Source of the DNA: the human T2T-CHM13v2.0 reference genome, Homo sapiens
Assembly: GCF_009914755.1 (NCBI RefSeq)
Contig: NC_060934.1
Reading direction: 5' to 3' (one strand)
DNA length: 64,000 bases
Both the position numbers and the translations under genes were made by a program. The notes under the pieces are model-generated. The model did no database searches, was not told the origin of the DNA, and worked only from the letters and a program-made list of their open reading frames with translations. Below are positions 42,254 to 58,426 of the stretch, piece by piece (within the stretch, counting starts at the first letter, position 1; each line of letters opens with the position of its first letter).

Positions 42254-45120
42254 TGTAGCCAAACTTGTCAGTGTCCTATGCATGTCCCTCAGAGCATTTG
42301 GTATGCTTTGGCCAACTTCCACCTCCTGGTATTGTCACTGGATCCTAAGGGTGTTGCTTTTCCAGCCAGAAACCTCTGTGGGTGGTGGCGCCTTTGCCCA
42401 AGTTTTGCTCGGACTAGCTGTGTTTGTATCACCCACTCCACCTGGCAGGCTGTGCTTGGCTCATGCTACTGGGCTAAATCCGACACTTTGCCAGGGCAAG
42501 CCAGGTTCAGAGCAGCGATGGGTGCATGAGCGAGCAAGTGCAGGGTCTTGTCACTGTGCATAGCCACGCACGCTAGCTGCTTTGGCGGGACGGGTAGCTC
42601 CAGCCGCCCTCTCCCAGCAAACCTTAGATTGAATCAGATACAGGGCAAGAGCCTTCTGCTGTGAGCACCCGCGTCTGGATGAGGGGCTCCCTGAAGAGCC
42701 GCAACTCTTCTCTCCTTTTTGTTGCTCGCCACATGGTGAGGGGGGTGGCAGCTAAACAAGGTTTTAGCCCTGTTTGTGTTACCGCTCTTTCATTCCTGCC
42801 ATTTGGTGGGTCCCGAGTTTTTGGCCCACATCCAGGAAGAATGAGGTACGCGCACAGCTGGAGAGTTAAGGTGGAGAGGAACTTTACAAAGCTACAGAAC
42901 AGCTCTCAAGAGACCGAAGTGTGTAGCTCCTATCCATAGGCAGGTTATCCCCATAAGTGTCCAGCTCTCAGCAGAGAGAAGACCCGGAATAGGTAGTTCC
43001 TTTCTGCAGAAGGTGGTCCCAGGAGACACGAAGAGGAAATCTCCTCCCTGCAGCTGGTATTCTTGATGTCTGTGTGAGGCTGGCTGGCTCCAGGGTTTTT
43101 TTGGGCTCAGAAAGGAGGAAGTACATGTTGATTGGTCCACGGGTGGCCATGGGCAGGCCCGGTAAAAGCACCGTAAGTTTTCACTCTGGGCCACGGACTC
43201 CACCGGAACTGATGGGCTGGTCCCCAGGCTTCAGGCCATCCCTGGCTTGAAGGTGGGGCTTCACCAGGGACACCCCACTTTCCACCCAGGAGCCTGTCTT
43301 CTGCTGCCATCAATCATGTTGTTCATGGTGCCCAGGCTGTTTATGAGGAGAAGTGCCTGCAGGCCCACAGTGAGCAGCCCTCTGTCCCCTCTTGGCCTCC
43401 CTCCTATGTTCATTGGCGCCCAAAGTTCACAGGAGGCTGAGGTGGCAGGGGGCTGGCATGTCAGCACCAACCCAAGCACGCACACACCCAGCCTGGTTGT
43501 GACAGCACCTGGGCTCGGCCTGAACTTTGCTTCAAAATTGGAAGGGGTGCCAGGAGCTGGAAGAGGTCAGGCAGGGGGAACAGGCACTTCCGACTCTGTG
43601 GGGGCAGGGGAGCTTCCTGGATCCCTGAGAGCACAGAGATGCCTAGGTCTGCAGCCACAGCTGGGCAGCTGGAGCTACACCCAGGATGGCAGGGCTCCCA
43701 CCCTGCCAACTTGGAAGGGGGTTAGGTTCCTGCCTGCTCCTTGCTCCCACCGGCTCCCTGGAGCATTTAGCCCAGGTCATACCTCCTCTGCTGTAGCTGG
43801 TGTCTTTGCAGTGGCTGCTCCAGATGGGCCACTGCTGCCATCAGTATCTACAGCCTGACTCAGTGCCCTTCTATCAGATTATGCTGAGGGAATTTGACTA
43901 CTTGCTTCTACTGGAGGCAAGAAAATCCAAAAACTTGGCAGCCCATTGGCCAACATTGCAGCTAATTACTCTCAGGATTTAGTGTATATGTTTTCCAGTT
44001 TCATAACCTCTCAGGAACTCGACAGTTAAAACTATCAGGACAGATAACTCTGATGCATGAGTTTGCATCTTTTTCTAGAGTTTGCCCTTGGAGTGAAGTT
44101 TCAGTTCTCCTTATGATTGCTGGTTTAATAGCAATCTTGTTACTGGCTACCTTCTCTTCTTTGCCTCACTTTCTCACTTCCTTATCACTGTTATCTACAC
44201 TTCTCAAAAAATATTTATACATGAATATTTTGTGTCCAGATTTTCTGTTGGAGAATCCACAGTAAGCCATTGGACACCAGAGGTACTACAGTGTGGGGAG
44301 CAGAGCCTTCAGATGGGATGCTGGAGTTGAATCGCTTGTTGGCCAGTTGGTATCAAGACCAGTTGGCATTTTATAACATCACAATGACCAAGATTATCCC
44401 CTATGTGAATTGGGATGGCATAAACATATAAGGTTATATATGCCTTATGCAGTATTTCCAGAATTTGAGATAGTGACAATGATAATGATAATGACTGTGG
44501 AGTTGGTAGTTGCAAGTATTGTCAGTGATCTAAAGGAAAAAATGACTTTTAAAAAAGCTTCAACTGGTCAATCAAAATCTCAGGACATGGTGTGAACATC
44601 ACAAGATCTCTATAACACCATTTAAAGCAACCCTCTCCTTTTGCAGTTTAAAGGAGATTGAGCTAAAAATCAGATCTTGTGCCTGGTTATAAGAATAGCA
44701 GAACAGTAGAGAAGCCTCACTTGAAAGCACCAGCACGCCTTCTGTGGAAAAGTCAGAACCTTCACAGGGAAGGAGTAGGACCCTGAACTCTGGGTTTGGA
44801 ACATCTGGGTGGCTCACACCTCACTAAACCAAGATTCTTTCCTCCCCTGAAGACCACATAAACACCTCATCTGAGGTTGATACTTCAAATTGTGCACATC
44901 TTCCTCCAATTTTTTTCTTCTTTGTGACTTCTAGACCAATTATTATGTTCAAGACCAAGAATGGCCCAAATGAGGAAGTACTGTCTCTGTTTTAACAATA
45001 AAGGAATTATTCATCAAATGAACCACAGACACCGGCTAATATGTCCAGGTAGATCCAGAAGCACTTAGAAGAACACTAAGAGTAAGTTTACTACGAGTAA
45101 ATCTTCTGAGTGCTGGAAAA
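42254..45120 (+). mobile_element. LTR16-like LTR (split by MER52; ends ~44270) plus start of ERVL internal sequence
   Basis: LTR end 'ttctgttggagaatccacagtaagcca' followed by 'ggacaccagagg...gcagagccttcagatgggatgctggagttg', which resembles 21757-21810. Boundaries approximate. Confidence 0.5.
42333..43843 (-). mobile_element. MER52-family (ERV1) solo LTR, 1511 bp, GC-rich
   Basis: Minus-strand termini tgatggcagcagtgg... and ...ggatccagtgaca match recalled MER52A ends. Perfect 4-bp TSD gtat (42329-42332 / 43844-43847). Confidence 0.85.
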
Positions 45121-45526
45121 GGTGTGTGTGCAAAATATTAGAAACACACGGTAGACTCTAAAGATAGTATTTACCTAATGTAATGAATTCAAATCTAAAT
45201 ATATATATTTTGAGGTCTAAATGTCCACATCCATACCTAGTAGTATACCTAATTACATGTTTCTGTAAAATGTTTTAATTTCAGAAACTAAAAATATATA
45301 TTAAATTAGCATACTATCACATTAATCAATGTTTAAATTATACAATAATTATAAAATGTAAATCTGTATCCTTGAAAGTTAATTAAAATATATAGGATAT
45401 GATTCATTTTTTAAAGTCTTGAAGAATATCCAGCACAGTCATTTAACAGATTACATTAGCTGAGTTTCTTTTGAGAATTAAAATGTAATAAACTTACGCT
45501 CTTTGAAAAACTACATATAAGATCTA

Positions 45527-45709
<183 letters not shown>

Positions 45710-47189
45710 CTATTTTTACTTAGAATTCATTTAAGTAGTCATTCTGGCATTTGTCTATCTGAAAAGCATCTCATTTTTCTTTCTAATCCTTAGCTTTCCA
45801 AAAAATAAAAATAAAAAAATTAAAAAATTAAAAAAAAGAAACTTGCAAAGAAGCTTCCCACCTCAAAAAACAGATGGGAAAAGCAAATGATGATATTAAA
45901 GGGCAAACATCTTTTTGGAAATGTCAAGTATTTCCTGGAGGAAAACGGTTTTACCTTTATCTTGTTCACATTTTATGGGTGGCAAGCTTTTGTTTATACA
46001 CACGTACACTGCTTTATCTCTGAAATGTGCCATTTCTGTAGTTTTTGCTGCTTGTATGTTTGACTGTTTAAAAATAAAACCAGTACATTATAAAATAGCA
46101 TGGTACATCAAATGAGCATTTTCTGGAAAGCTCATGCTATCGAAAAATGCTACCTTAATAATTTTCTAGGTGTACATTTAAACCAAGAGTTTGAGTACCA
46201 TATACTAGGCATGAAATGATTATCTTATAAGCATACAGCTTACGGAAATGGTATGCAGGTAAACTTACCAGTAGCGTGTGCTACCTAGTTAAAAGTTAAA
46301 TCCCTGGCCTGCTGCAGTCAATATTATGTAGGTCAATGACTTCTGCACAATCAATGACTATCTTCATAAGTGATTCAAGCTGGAAACTGCTCTCTCTAAT
46401 CAAAGCCTGAGTACAGCACAGAACCTCTACCTAGCTCTGTCACAGTGTGGGGCTGATCACAAAAGGCTGAGAGCAAAGGTACAGAGAGAAAGAATATTAA
46501 CCTGGAAAGTAAGAAACCTGGTATGCTATGGATTAAATATTTAGTAACTATAAATAAAAAGGAGGAGGAAAAAGCAAGGTGATACTGTCATGAGAGAATT
46601 ATCCACCTTTTGTTTAAAAAAATGCAAGTTCCATTAATTAGTAAGTGATTTGTAGTGAGAGGCTAAAATCCTGAGCACTAAGAAGTGACTTGAGTGAAGC
46701 TGAAAAGGTTTTGCAGCAGTCATGGGGCTAAGGAGTCAAGTGATTTTTTTTTATTTTTTATTTTATTTTTATTTTTTTAGCTATTAAAGAGGACAGATCT
46801 TGGTAAATACCCAATGCTTTCTGTTGGGGTCACAGAAGTTCTATACCATGCAAGTCATGGTGCTTGGGAAAAAGACCAAACCTCCCTCAAATGTAAACCC
46901 AGTATTGAAACTCTGATTGGATTCAGGTGATCTGCCCTTATTTTAACAGAAGCAAAAGCAAATACTTTTTTTAGTAATGTAACTTTATCCCAAGCCTCTA
47001 TAAATTTTTTCATGCACAGTATTCAGTAGTCACTTAATAATTACCATGCATAGCAGGGAATTCCTGGGTATTAGTGATGGCTTATTTCTTTATTTGTATG
47101 TTGGCTTACCCTTTGAAAATTTATGTTGCTATTCATATGTGATTTGCACACATTTTTGTATTTAAAGTTAAATAAAATTTTTATTTAAA

Positions 47190-47665
47190 GACACGTACAA
47201 AGATGGTCAGAACATCATTATATAGTCAAAATCTGGAAACAACCCAAATGTCCATCGATAGTAGATGGTCATACAGGATTGTGTTTTATATATGCAATGG
47301 AATCATATGAAGTACTGAGAATGTACAAACTACTGCTATAAGTAATAACATGGATTAATTTCATGAACCTAAGTTTCTAGAACATAAATAACACATACTA
47401 TATGATTCCATTTATATAAACTTCAAAAACAGGCATAATCCCTACATGGTGATAAAAATTAGAATACGGCTCACTTTGAAGAAGAAGATCGAATAGCGAC
47501 AGAAATGATCACAAAGCTGAGCTTCTGGAGTGCTGATTAATTTCTGTTTTTTGTTATGAGTAGTGGTTACATAGGTGTGTTCTCTATGTAAAAATTCATT
47601 AAGCTGTAGAATTATTGTTTGTGCATTAGTCTGTGTGTTATATTTTCCTAAGATTATTTACTTTA
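47190..47665 (+). mobile_element. Ancient L1M 3' UTR fragment
   Basis: 'ctggaaacaacccaaatgtccatc...tatgattccatttatataaacttcaaaaacaggc...aaaattcattaagctgta'. Confidence 0.7.
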
Positions 47666-48930
47666 AAAGATGCACACACACAAACATACACATGTGTGTC
47701 GATATATGTAAGTATGTTTAAAGAAATTCAAGTGCTACTTGACTAGATGGAATCCAGATCATTTCATTTTCCTCATTACTTTTATATATTTTCTAAATGT
47801 TCTCCCAAAAGGCTACCATGCTTTCATGACAAAAAGTATTTTAACAAATATTATTTCTTTAAAATTTGCCTTAGAATTGAAAGCAGTAAAGAAGATGTGT
47901 TTTTTACAGTTGCGGTAGTTCCCAATTTGCCTGAGGGTTAACAAGACATTGAAATTTACAGCCTGGATCCAAAATCTAAGAATGGTGACCCTGGAGTTTG
48001 CTGGCTTTTCTTCAAATTGCCTGACCCCCTTTACACCAGCCTGTCTTTACCTGTCAATCCACTGTTTTTCTCATCCTATTCTTTAAAATTTCTATTCATG
48101 TTTTCAGAGTATTCTGTATCCTCAGTTTAAGACTGTAACTCTTAAGTGGATAATGAAGAATACAACCAGATCACTAAGTAAACTAAGAAGCCAAATAACA
48201 ATTCCATAATTTTGTGCTAATAGGGGATGATATTTATGGGACATGCAGGCATTTTCTTCATTTCTTACTGAATTTTATATGACATGAAAAAAATCCATGT
48301 CTTACAGAAATGTACAGTCACAACTATACATAGAATAATTTCCAGTTTATATATTTCTTGAAGTTTTTTAATACCACTTGCTTCAGAAATACTTATGTAA
48401 AAATGAGGATTTCAGGGCTATCGATTAGGTCTATGGACTATTGTTCTGAACCTATGGAAATATTTATAAATTAGTTACGTGTAAATCATATTTATTTAAT
48501 TTTTCTTGATTGGTTCAGAAGGATGGCAACAATATGCTTCAATGTGGATCTGTGCCATAGAGAATGTTTATGTCTTATTAAGGAAAGACTTCTTTTCATT
48601 GTTCAAGCTTAAAAATTAGCAAATGAAAACAGATCACTTTAATTAATTGTTAGGACCATATGTCATTAACACATGTTCACAATTAATTTTAAATATGAAT
48701 ATATATATAATGCCAGTTAAATTAAAAAGATCTCAAACTAATAAACCTAATAAATAAAAAGTTACCTATTTTTCATCAACGGAGTTTGCTCACTGATTAT
48801 TTCCTCAAAAGTTGTATTAACTTATAATTCCACTAGCTGGAAATACTTGCATGTTAGTACTAAATACTGTAATTGAACACTTTCATGTTCATTATTTAAT
48901 TTAAATGTGTCTTAGAATTTCTTTTTGTAA

Positions 48931-49291
<361 letters not shown>

Positions 49292-49371
49292 TTACTGTTG
49301 TAATTTGAATACACATTTATTTTTATAAACTAGTATGGCTCTGAAAGAAGGATATTAATATAGCATCTTTT

Positions 49372-49680
49372 TTTATTTTCATTGTTGTTGTTTTTTTTGA
49401 GACATGTCTCATTCTGTTGCCCAGGCTGGAGTGCAGTATGTGATCATAGCTCACAGCAGCTTTGAACTCCTAGGCTCAAGTGATTCTCTCACCTCAGTCT
49501 CCTAAGTAGGTGGGACTACAGGTGCACGCCACTATGCCCAGCTAATTTTTATTTCTTTATTTTATTTTTGTAGAGACAGAGTCTCAGTATGTTGCCTAGG
49601 TGGTCTCAAACTTCTCATCTCAATCCCACCTTGGCCTCTCAAAGTGCTGGGGTTATAGGTCTGAGCCGCGATATCCGGCT
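49372..49680 (-). mobile_element. AluJ
   Basis: J diagnostics 'gatcatagctcac...ggctcaag', TSD catctttt. Confidence 0.88.
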
Positions 49681-52600
49681 CATCTTTTGTTTTTTGTTGT
49701 TGTTGTTGTTTTTTAATAGTATAAAAAAAGTGAGTTATAAAGCCATAGTCAAAGAAAGTAGTGTAAATTCATCTATCAATACACAATGCATTATTTGAAA
49801 TTCGTGAGAACATACATTAAGAGTATCTTATTTATTCTCTTCTAGTATTTCCTATCTCAGGAAATGACATGGCAAAATAATTAACTAATTTTCTAAGTCA
49901 CTTTATCTCATACATGCAATTTATTAGTCACCAAGTCCTGTTAATTTGACCTTGTAAATGCGCCTTGTATTATACAGTTTTGAGCAATGGATAAATAATA
50001 CAATTTTCATTTCCTGAGTAAATAGCTGGAAGTCAGATAACTGGGTTTTCTGATTAGCATATGTTTAGCTATGTAAGAAAACCAGAAATGTGTTTTGCTC
50101 AATAATTTAATGAATAATTTTTAATACATTTTCTTGTTAATCAACTTAATGAACACTTTTAAGGGCAGTGTGTAATACTATGAATTTAATAAGCAATTTT
50201 GGCTTTAATCCTAGAGAGGATAAGAGAAGGGATGTTTGTTTTTTATTTAATCACAAAAAAATGCATTTTTTTATCATTTAATTTTTACATCTTTTGACAC
50301 AAAATTTGTTAAACATTTCATGGCTAGAAAACTATTTCTTTATATTTTGTGTGCATCTCATAGCACAGCCATTTGTTTTGTGCTATTACATTTATATTAG
50401 ATGATTGAAATTCAATGACATTCAATACATGGTTTAAGAAACATGTATGCTTAGAATTTATCTGAGCAGAGACTCATGGTATGTATAGGAATCAGTCAGG
50501 AATATTTCAATTTGTTCATTAAGAAAGCAGAAAACATTATCAGAGATAAGGTAACACTATAATTATGGAGCACTTATCATTTATCTATTTCTTAAATAAA
50601 AACATGAGTGTTTAATTTCAAAGGTGCAATTTCTTTTCTATAGTCAACAAGATTCACTATATATTCTCAGAAATAATAAAGACATTATTTTATTAAGAAA
50701 TGTGTCTAACGTGTTTACTAATAGAACACACAATGTCAGCTCAATGAATATTTTTAGATACTTTAAATATCTATTTTTATTATAATTTGTACTACATGCT
50801 GAAATAAATTACCTTATAACTTATTTTATTTAAATGTCTGAAAAAAGAAGAGCTAGAAAGAATATTGAAAATTTCCATCTGTGAGAAAACACAAGAAATG
50901 TTATTTATAGAACACAAAGTTTTCCTATCTGAATAAAAATCTTCACTACTATATCTAAAATTCTTTTCAATAACAATGGGACAATGAGGATTTATAGTTT
51001 AGAATTCAATCATTTTTTGTTTAGGCCAATAAAACAAGAAAAATACATATTCAATAATAAGTATAGTATTTAGAGAATATTAATTTAAAACATTTTCATC
51101 CTTAAGCGCAAGTCATCTTGTTGCTACACAGTTCAGAGCCAAGCCAACTTCATTCAGATTGTAGAGTTTCATTCATGATGTAGAGTGGAGGTCCTTCCTA
51201 CCATTAAAGATTAGCCAGGAGGCTTTCTTTCCTTCTGAAGGAAAAAAATATACATAAAATCTAGAATTTCTTTGAGAAAGAGAAAAGGCAAGTTCCTTCT
51301 ATTATGAATTACGGGAAGGAGAAAGGGAGACACAGAAGAGACATGAAGGCAGGAGGCAGAGGTCCTCCTCCTCATCCCCTACTGCCACTTTGGACCCCTC
51401 CTTAAGTGAAGAGGCACTGGAGAAACATTTTGGAAGAAGGGGGAAATGATGACTGGGAAACTAAGAGAAATTTGGGTGAAATAATCACAGTAGTTTTCAG
51501 GAGTATGTAAGCCTCCAGAAAATTTCCATAGGTTCCATGGGAGGTCCCATCTAATAGGTTATGGCACTGAATATACAGCAATGGCAGAGAGAGGTGTCAA
51601 GAGAGAGAAGCCATACTACCAGCATAAAGGACTGGTAAATACATGTTACATCTAGACCACAATTTTAGAATGAAGTCAGGGAGGAGAGGTTTGGTTGGCA
51701 GCTTAACTAGTGAGTATTTATATTGTCTTAAACAGATAATGCTGAAATACTGTTCTAAGAAACTTAAGTGTGACCCAGATTACATCTATTCCCTACCTGT
51801 CCAAACACATATTTATACATTATTGTCTAAGTAGGAAGATTGCATCAGGTATAAAAAATAAAGAAGCTTTTTTTTCTCTGTGCACATCTGAGTGTAGTGT
51901 GTAAAGATTATATATGTATGTGTGTATGTATGTATACACATTTTATGCAATCGTGCATGTTTTTATATAAATATATATTTTCAAAAATATCAGAAAGTAT
52001 TTATAGTATACCTGTATACTATAGTATATATAATATAGAACTATAGATATAAATATTTATATATTTGTACATAAACATTTTGCATGTTACATATATTGTA
52101 AAGATTCACATATATGACTTAAATGTTTAAAGTTTTACTATTCTATAACCATATGTATTGTGTTCTAAAATATTAAATCAACTATTTTGAAATTCAAAGT
52201 TACTTTAACTTCACACATTTTCTCACGCATGTATTTTTGCTTTTGTTAAAGTTTCCTATTTGATTATGAAGTTAAATGCTCAACTTTTAAATGTTAATTG
52301 TTCATTTATATTGCCATGTTTCAAAGAAATTTAGGAAATAATATTGCTTCAAGACAAAAACAAAGATGCTAAGTCTTCTAGCAATCTGAAGTTGTGAAAT
52401 ATTACAAGTGTTCAGACTGAAAGCCATAACTGAGTAATTCAATCCAGTAATTCAAGAGCATTTTACAGAAATCAAACCATGATGGAATCAAGTTACCTAT
52501 TGTATCAATTAAGGAGGAAAATAATATTGCTGAACACACGGAATCTGGTCAGAAATATCTAGGCTACAGAATAACTTCACATTTTAAATGAAAAAAATTA

Positions 52601-52999
52601 CTGATCACTGTTCGCATATTTATTTATATCTTTCACTGTGTTATTATTTGATTAACACAGCTGCAATCCATAAGCCCTACTTCCTAGCTATTTTTCTACC
52701 CACTGTTGCTACTTACAGATAAGAATATCTAAAAGGAAATCTGCTAGATGGGGTTTCTGAAAAAACTTTGGTGCTTTGTTAAAATAAAGCAGGGGTGCAG
52801 ACTCTTCTGGCATTCATCTTTATACTTTGTCTGGTATAGAGAATTGACGTCTAGAGTTGCAGAAGATGGGAATGAAAGTAGACAATAAAAATGGCAAAGC
52901 AGAAAATAGCCAGCAGGCATCCTCAATGGCACTGATGTGCACCTGCACCATCTCTTCACTGTCCACCTCTAGATTTTTTTTCTGTATTTGTTTGTACTA

Positions 53000-55352
<2,353 letters not shown>

Positions 55353-56568
55353 AATCTTCAAAAAAAAATTAGAATCGAAAAAGTATAGTTTTATCTGTAC
55401 CCCCGATAGCTAAAAAAAAAATAAATTACATGACACATGCAACTTATACAGATTTTTCAACAATCATTAACAAAGAAAATTTAGAAAAGGACAGTCAAAT
55501 CAAACTTCCTCCATACTGTCTACAAATAAACTCACAATGACCAATAGAATGTGACCTCTTATCTCCATCATCCCCATTTTGAGATGGTAGAAAAGGTGTA
55601 TTCTCATGATCAAATTTTCAAACTCATCCTGGCAATTTGTTTCACACAAATTGCTTGTTAACATTTTCATTTCAATAAATTCCATCCATCTGTCTGTGTT
55701 TATTAAATATCTGTTTTAAACCACATGATTCTTAAGTTTAAAAGGTTAATTTTACTGTAATTACTAAATATTTAGATAAGAAAAGTGCTATTAAGACGTG
55801 AGAATATTATTGTTATATAATCACTTTTTTTCTTCAGGAACCCACTGTGTATGCCTACATATAAGTATATCCGTAAAATTATATAAATGATGGAATTAAC
55901 TGAATAAACTTTTGTTTGAAATCTAAATGCTTTCTACTCTACTGATATTCTCATTACAAACTTTACAAATGAACACAAAATTTACTCAGAAAATCAGAAT
56001 TTTAAAGCAAAATGAAACCTGAGTGATTATATGAGGAAACGAGGACCTAGAAATGCTAAGTGTCCTGTCCAAGGAGAATTAAAATATACAAATAAATTAC
56101 TGAACAATGAACTAGAAAGAACAAAACTACTGATTTTAGCCCAGAACTTATTTTGGTTTTAAGTAGTCAAAAGTATTATTAGTAGATTGTGACTATTTTC
56201 CTTCCATCTGTTTCCTTGTCTAAGAAACTTTAAGGACAGACTTAAAATGTTCTAGCTAATATTACTGCCATTAGTTTCTGATTTATAATGTGGCATATTT
56301 CAAAGCTATGTATTATCCTTTCTTTTTTTCCTATTTTATTGGTTGACCTGAATGCTTTCTTAATTTCACTTCACTGTAATTATACCTCTTAATCTATGCT
56401 AAATAATTTCTCCTTCTCCTCCTTAGAATATTTTCTCTCACTTATTGCCTAGCCGAGTTACCCTCTAAACTTTCATCATAAGTCAAGTTCTTCAATTACT
56501 TCCTCCAGAAACTCTCACTGACTTCTTTACATACATCTAACACAGACATACTGTAATAATTTAGGGCA

Positions 56569-56870
<302 letters not shown>

Positions 56871-58119
56871 TAGGTGGATTGCTTATATAAAAATTAGCCA
56901 TAGGTTTTATTTACTTTTCTATCATCTAAGTACCTATTATCCTCACTGTTTACTACAACTGTTCTGTATATTTTATTATATGTATAAGTATGTTTATTTA
57001 TGTAATGTCTGAAAAATGTTAAATAGCTTACTATGGACAGACTGCAATTACCAAATTTAATTATTTCTATTTATCTCACTTTTAGTTAAGATGAGAAAAC
57101 TATTCAGGTATCAATTTTATATTTTTATTATAATAAAATCTCAGAAATCCTCCTAAAATAAATGTGAAGATACATTTATTTTACATTTATTATTACAATA
57201 ATAAATACATTATTATTGTATACTTTCAGCCAATGTAGTATATAGATTAAATAGATCATTTCAAGGAGCCAGGAGATATGTTGATATTTAAATTGAGTGA
57301 GCCTTGCTTATCAATCTGTAATGGGTTTGAAATTATTTCTAGACAATAGCACTGAGTTGACACATAAGCACCTGATTGAAAAAAAAAAGAGAATCACCTA
57401 ACACATGGCATAGAAATGGTGAAAATAATTATTAACAATGGTAATATTACAATACATAGAAAGCGGGATGCTGGCAGTTGTGAATGAGATCGTTCAAATA
57501 ACACAGACAAGTGATTTTAAAGCAGTTCAGAATGTCTAACAATTTTTTTTTTTTTAAAGTGAGTTTTAGGTCCAAAGGAAATAGAATTTATCTTCTTTGG
57601 AATTATAAGCCCATTTAAATTATTTAGATAACCAAGAATTACTTATGATTCTTACTGCTACTTACAAATGCCTGTGGAAACAAGCAAATCACTTTCCTAA
57701 GTGCTTAAAGATATTTATCCACAAAATCCACTCTTCCTCCCTGACCCTTAAAAAAATGACGCTAAGTGAAACAGGTTCCAACATAATAAACTGCCAGAAC
57801 ACATTTCATGGTGCAGTGCAAATGACAGACACAATGGAATACCTGTTAGAATAAAGTAGATTTCATTTTCCCTACAAGTTAGGTGAGAATGCTGATCTCA
57901 AGTATCTGTTCTGTCAAGTCAAAGGTTGCAGCACAATAGCAAATTCAGAGTATAGGTGCATGTATTAATAGCCTGTTGGAGAAAAGAGCAACACTTCTAG
58001 TAATTATAAGAAGTTGCTCCAGATGAAAAACATTAATTCATGTCTGTGATACATTGTTTAAGACTCTCTCAGTTGCCTTAATACTATTTTTAAAACCCCT
58101 TCACAGGGAGCATACTCAC

Positions 58120-58213
58120 CCCATCTGGCCTGCCATCTGAAGCTGTGATGATCAGAATGTAGCGATCAGTGCTTTCCCTGTCCAGTGCTTTCCCTAAGGT
58201 TAGAATCCCCGTG
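58120..58213 (-). CDS. PCDH15: Protocadherin-15 internal coding exon, 94 bp, phase 2-0 (recalled as exon 17; EC6)
   Basis: Acceptor ttttgtcactag|C and donor GGG|gtgagt. After one carry-over base it translates [31 protein letters not shown] (LDRE and AxDG motifs), in frame with TSTAT of the next exon. Confidence 0.96.
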
Positions 58214-58426
58214 CTAGTGACAAAACAAACAAACAAATAAGACAAAAAGAGATATTATGTCACAAGGAGAGTCTTCTTAGTATAGTGAATTACTTTTGAT
58301 AGCTTTTTTTCCCCTCTCAGTAATCACAGCTTGAGTATTTTAGATGTATAATACTAAGATTCATTCTGAAAATTGAAAACAGCTTTTAAGGCTGTCAAAT
58401 TTCTTAGCAGTATCCATGAAACTGAC

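Noticed and set aside
43247-43858. 203-aa ORF and overlapping ORFs
   Set aside because: They lie in the GC-rich MER52 LTR, where stop codons are scarce, and show no recognisable domain.
51900-52120. TA-rich quasi-palindromic tract
   Set aside because: It is a degenerate (TA)n low-complexity tract, so self-complementarity is expected from composition.
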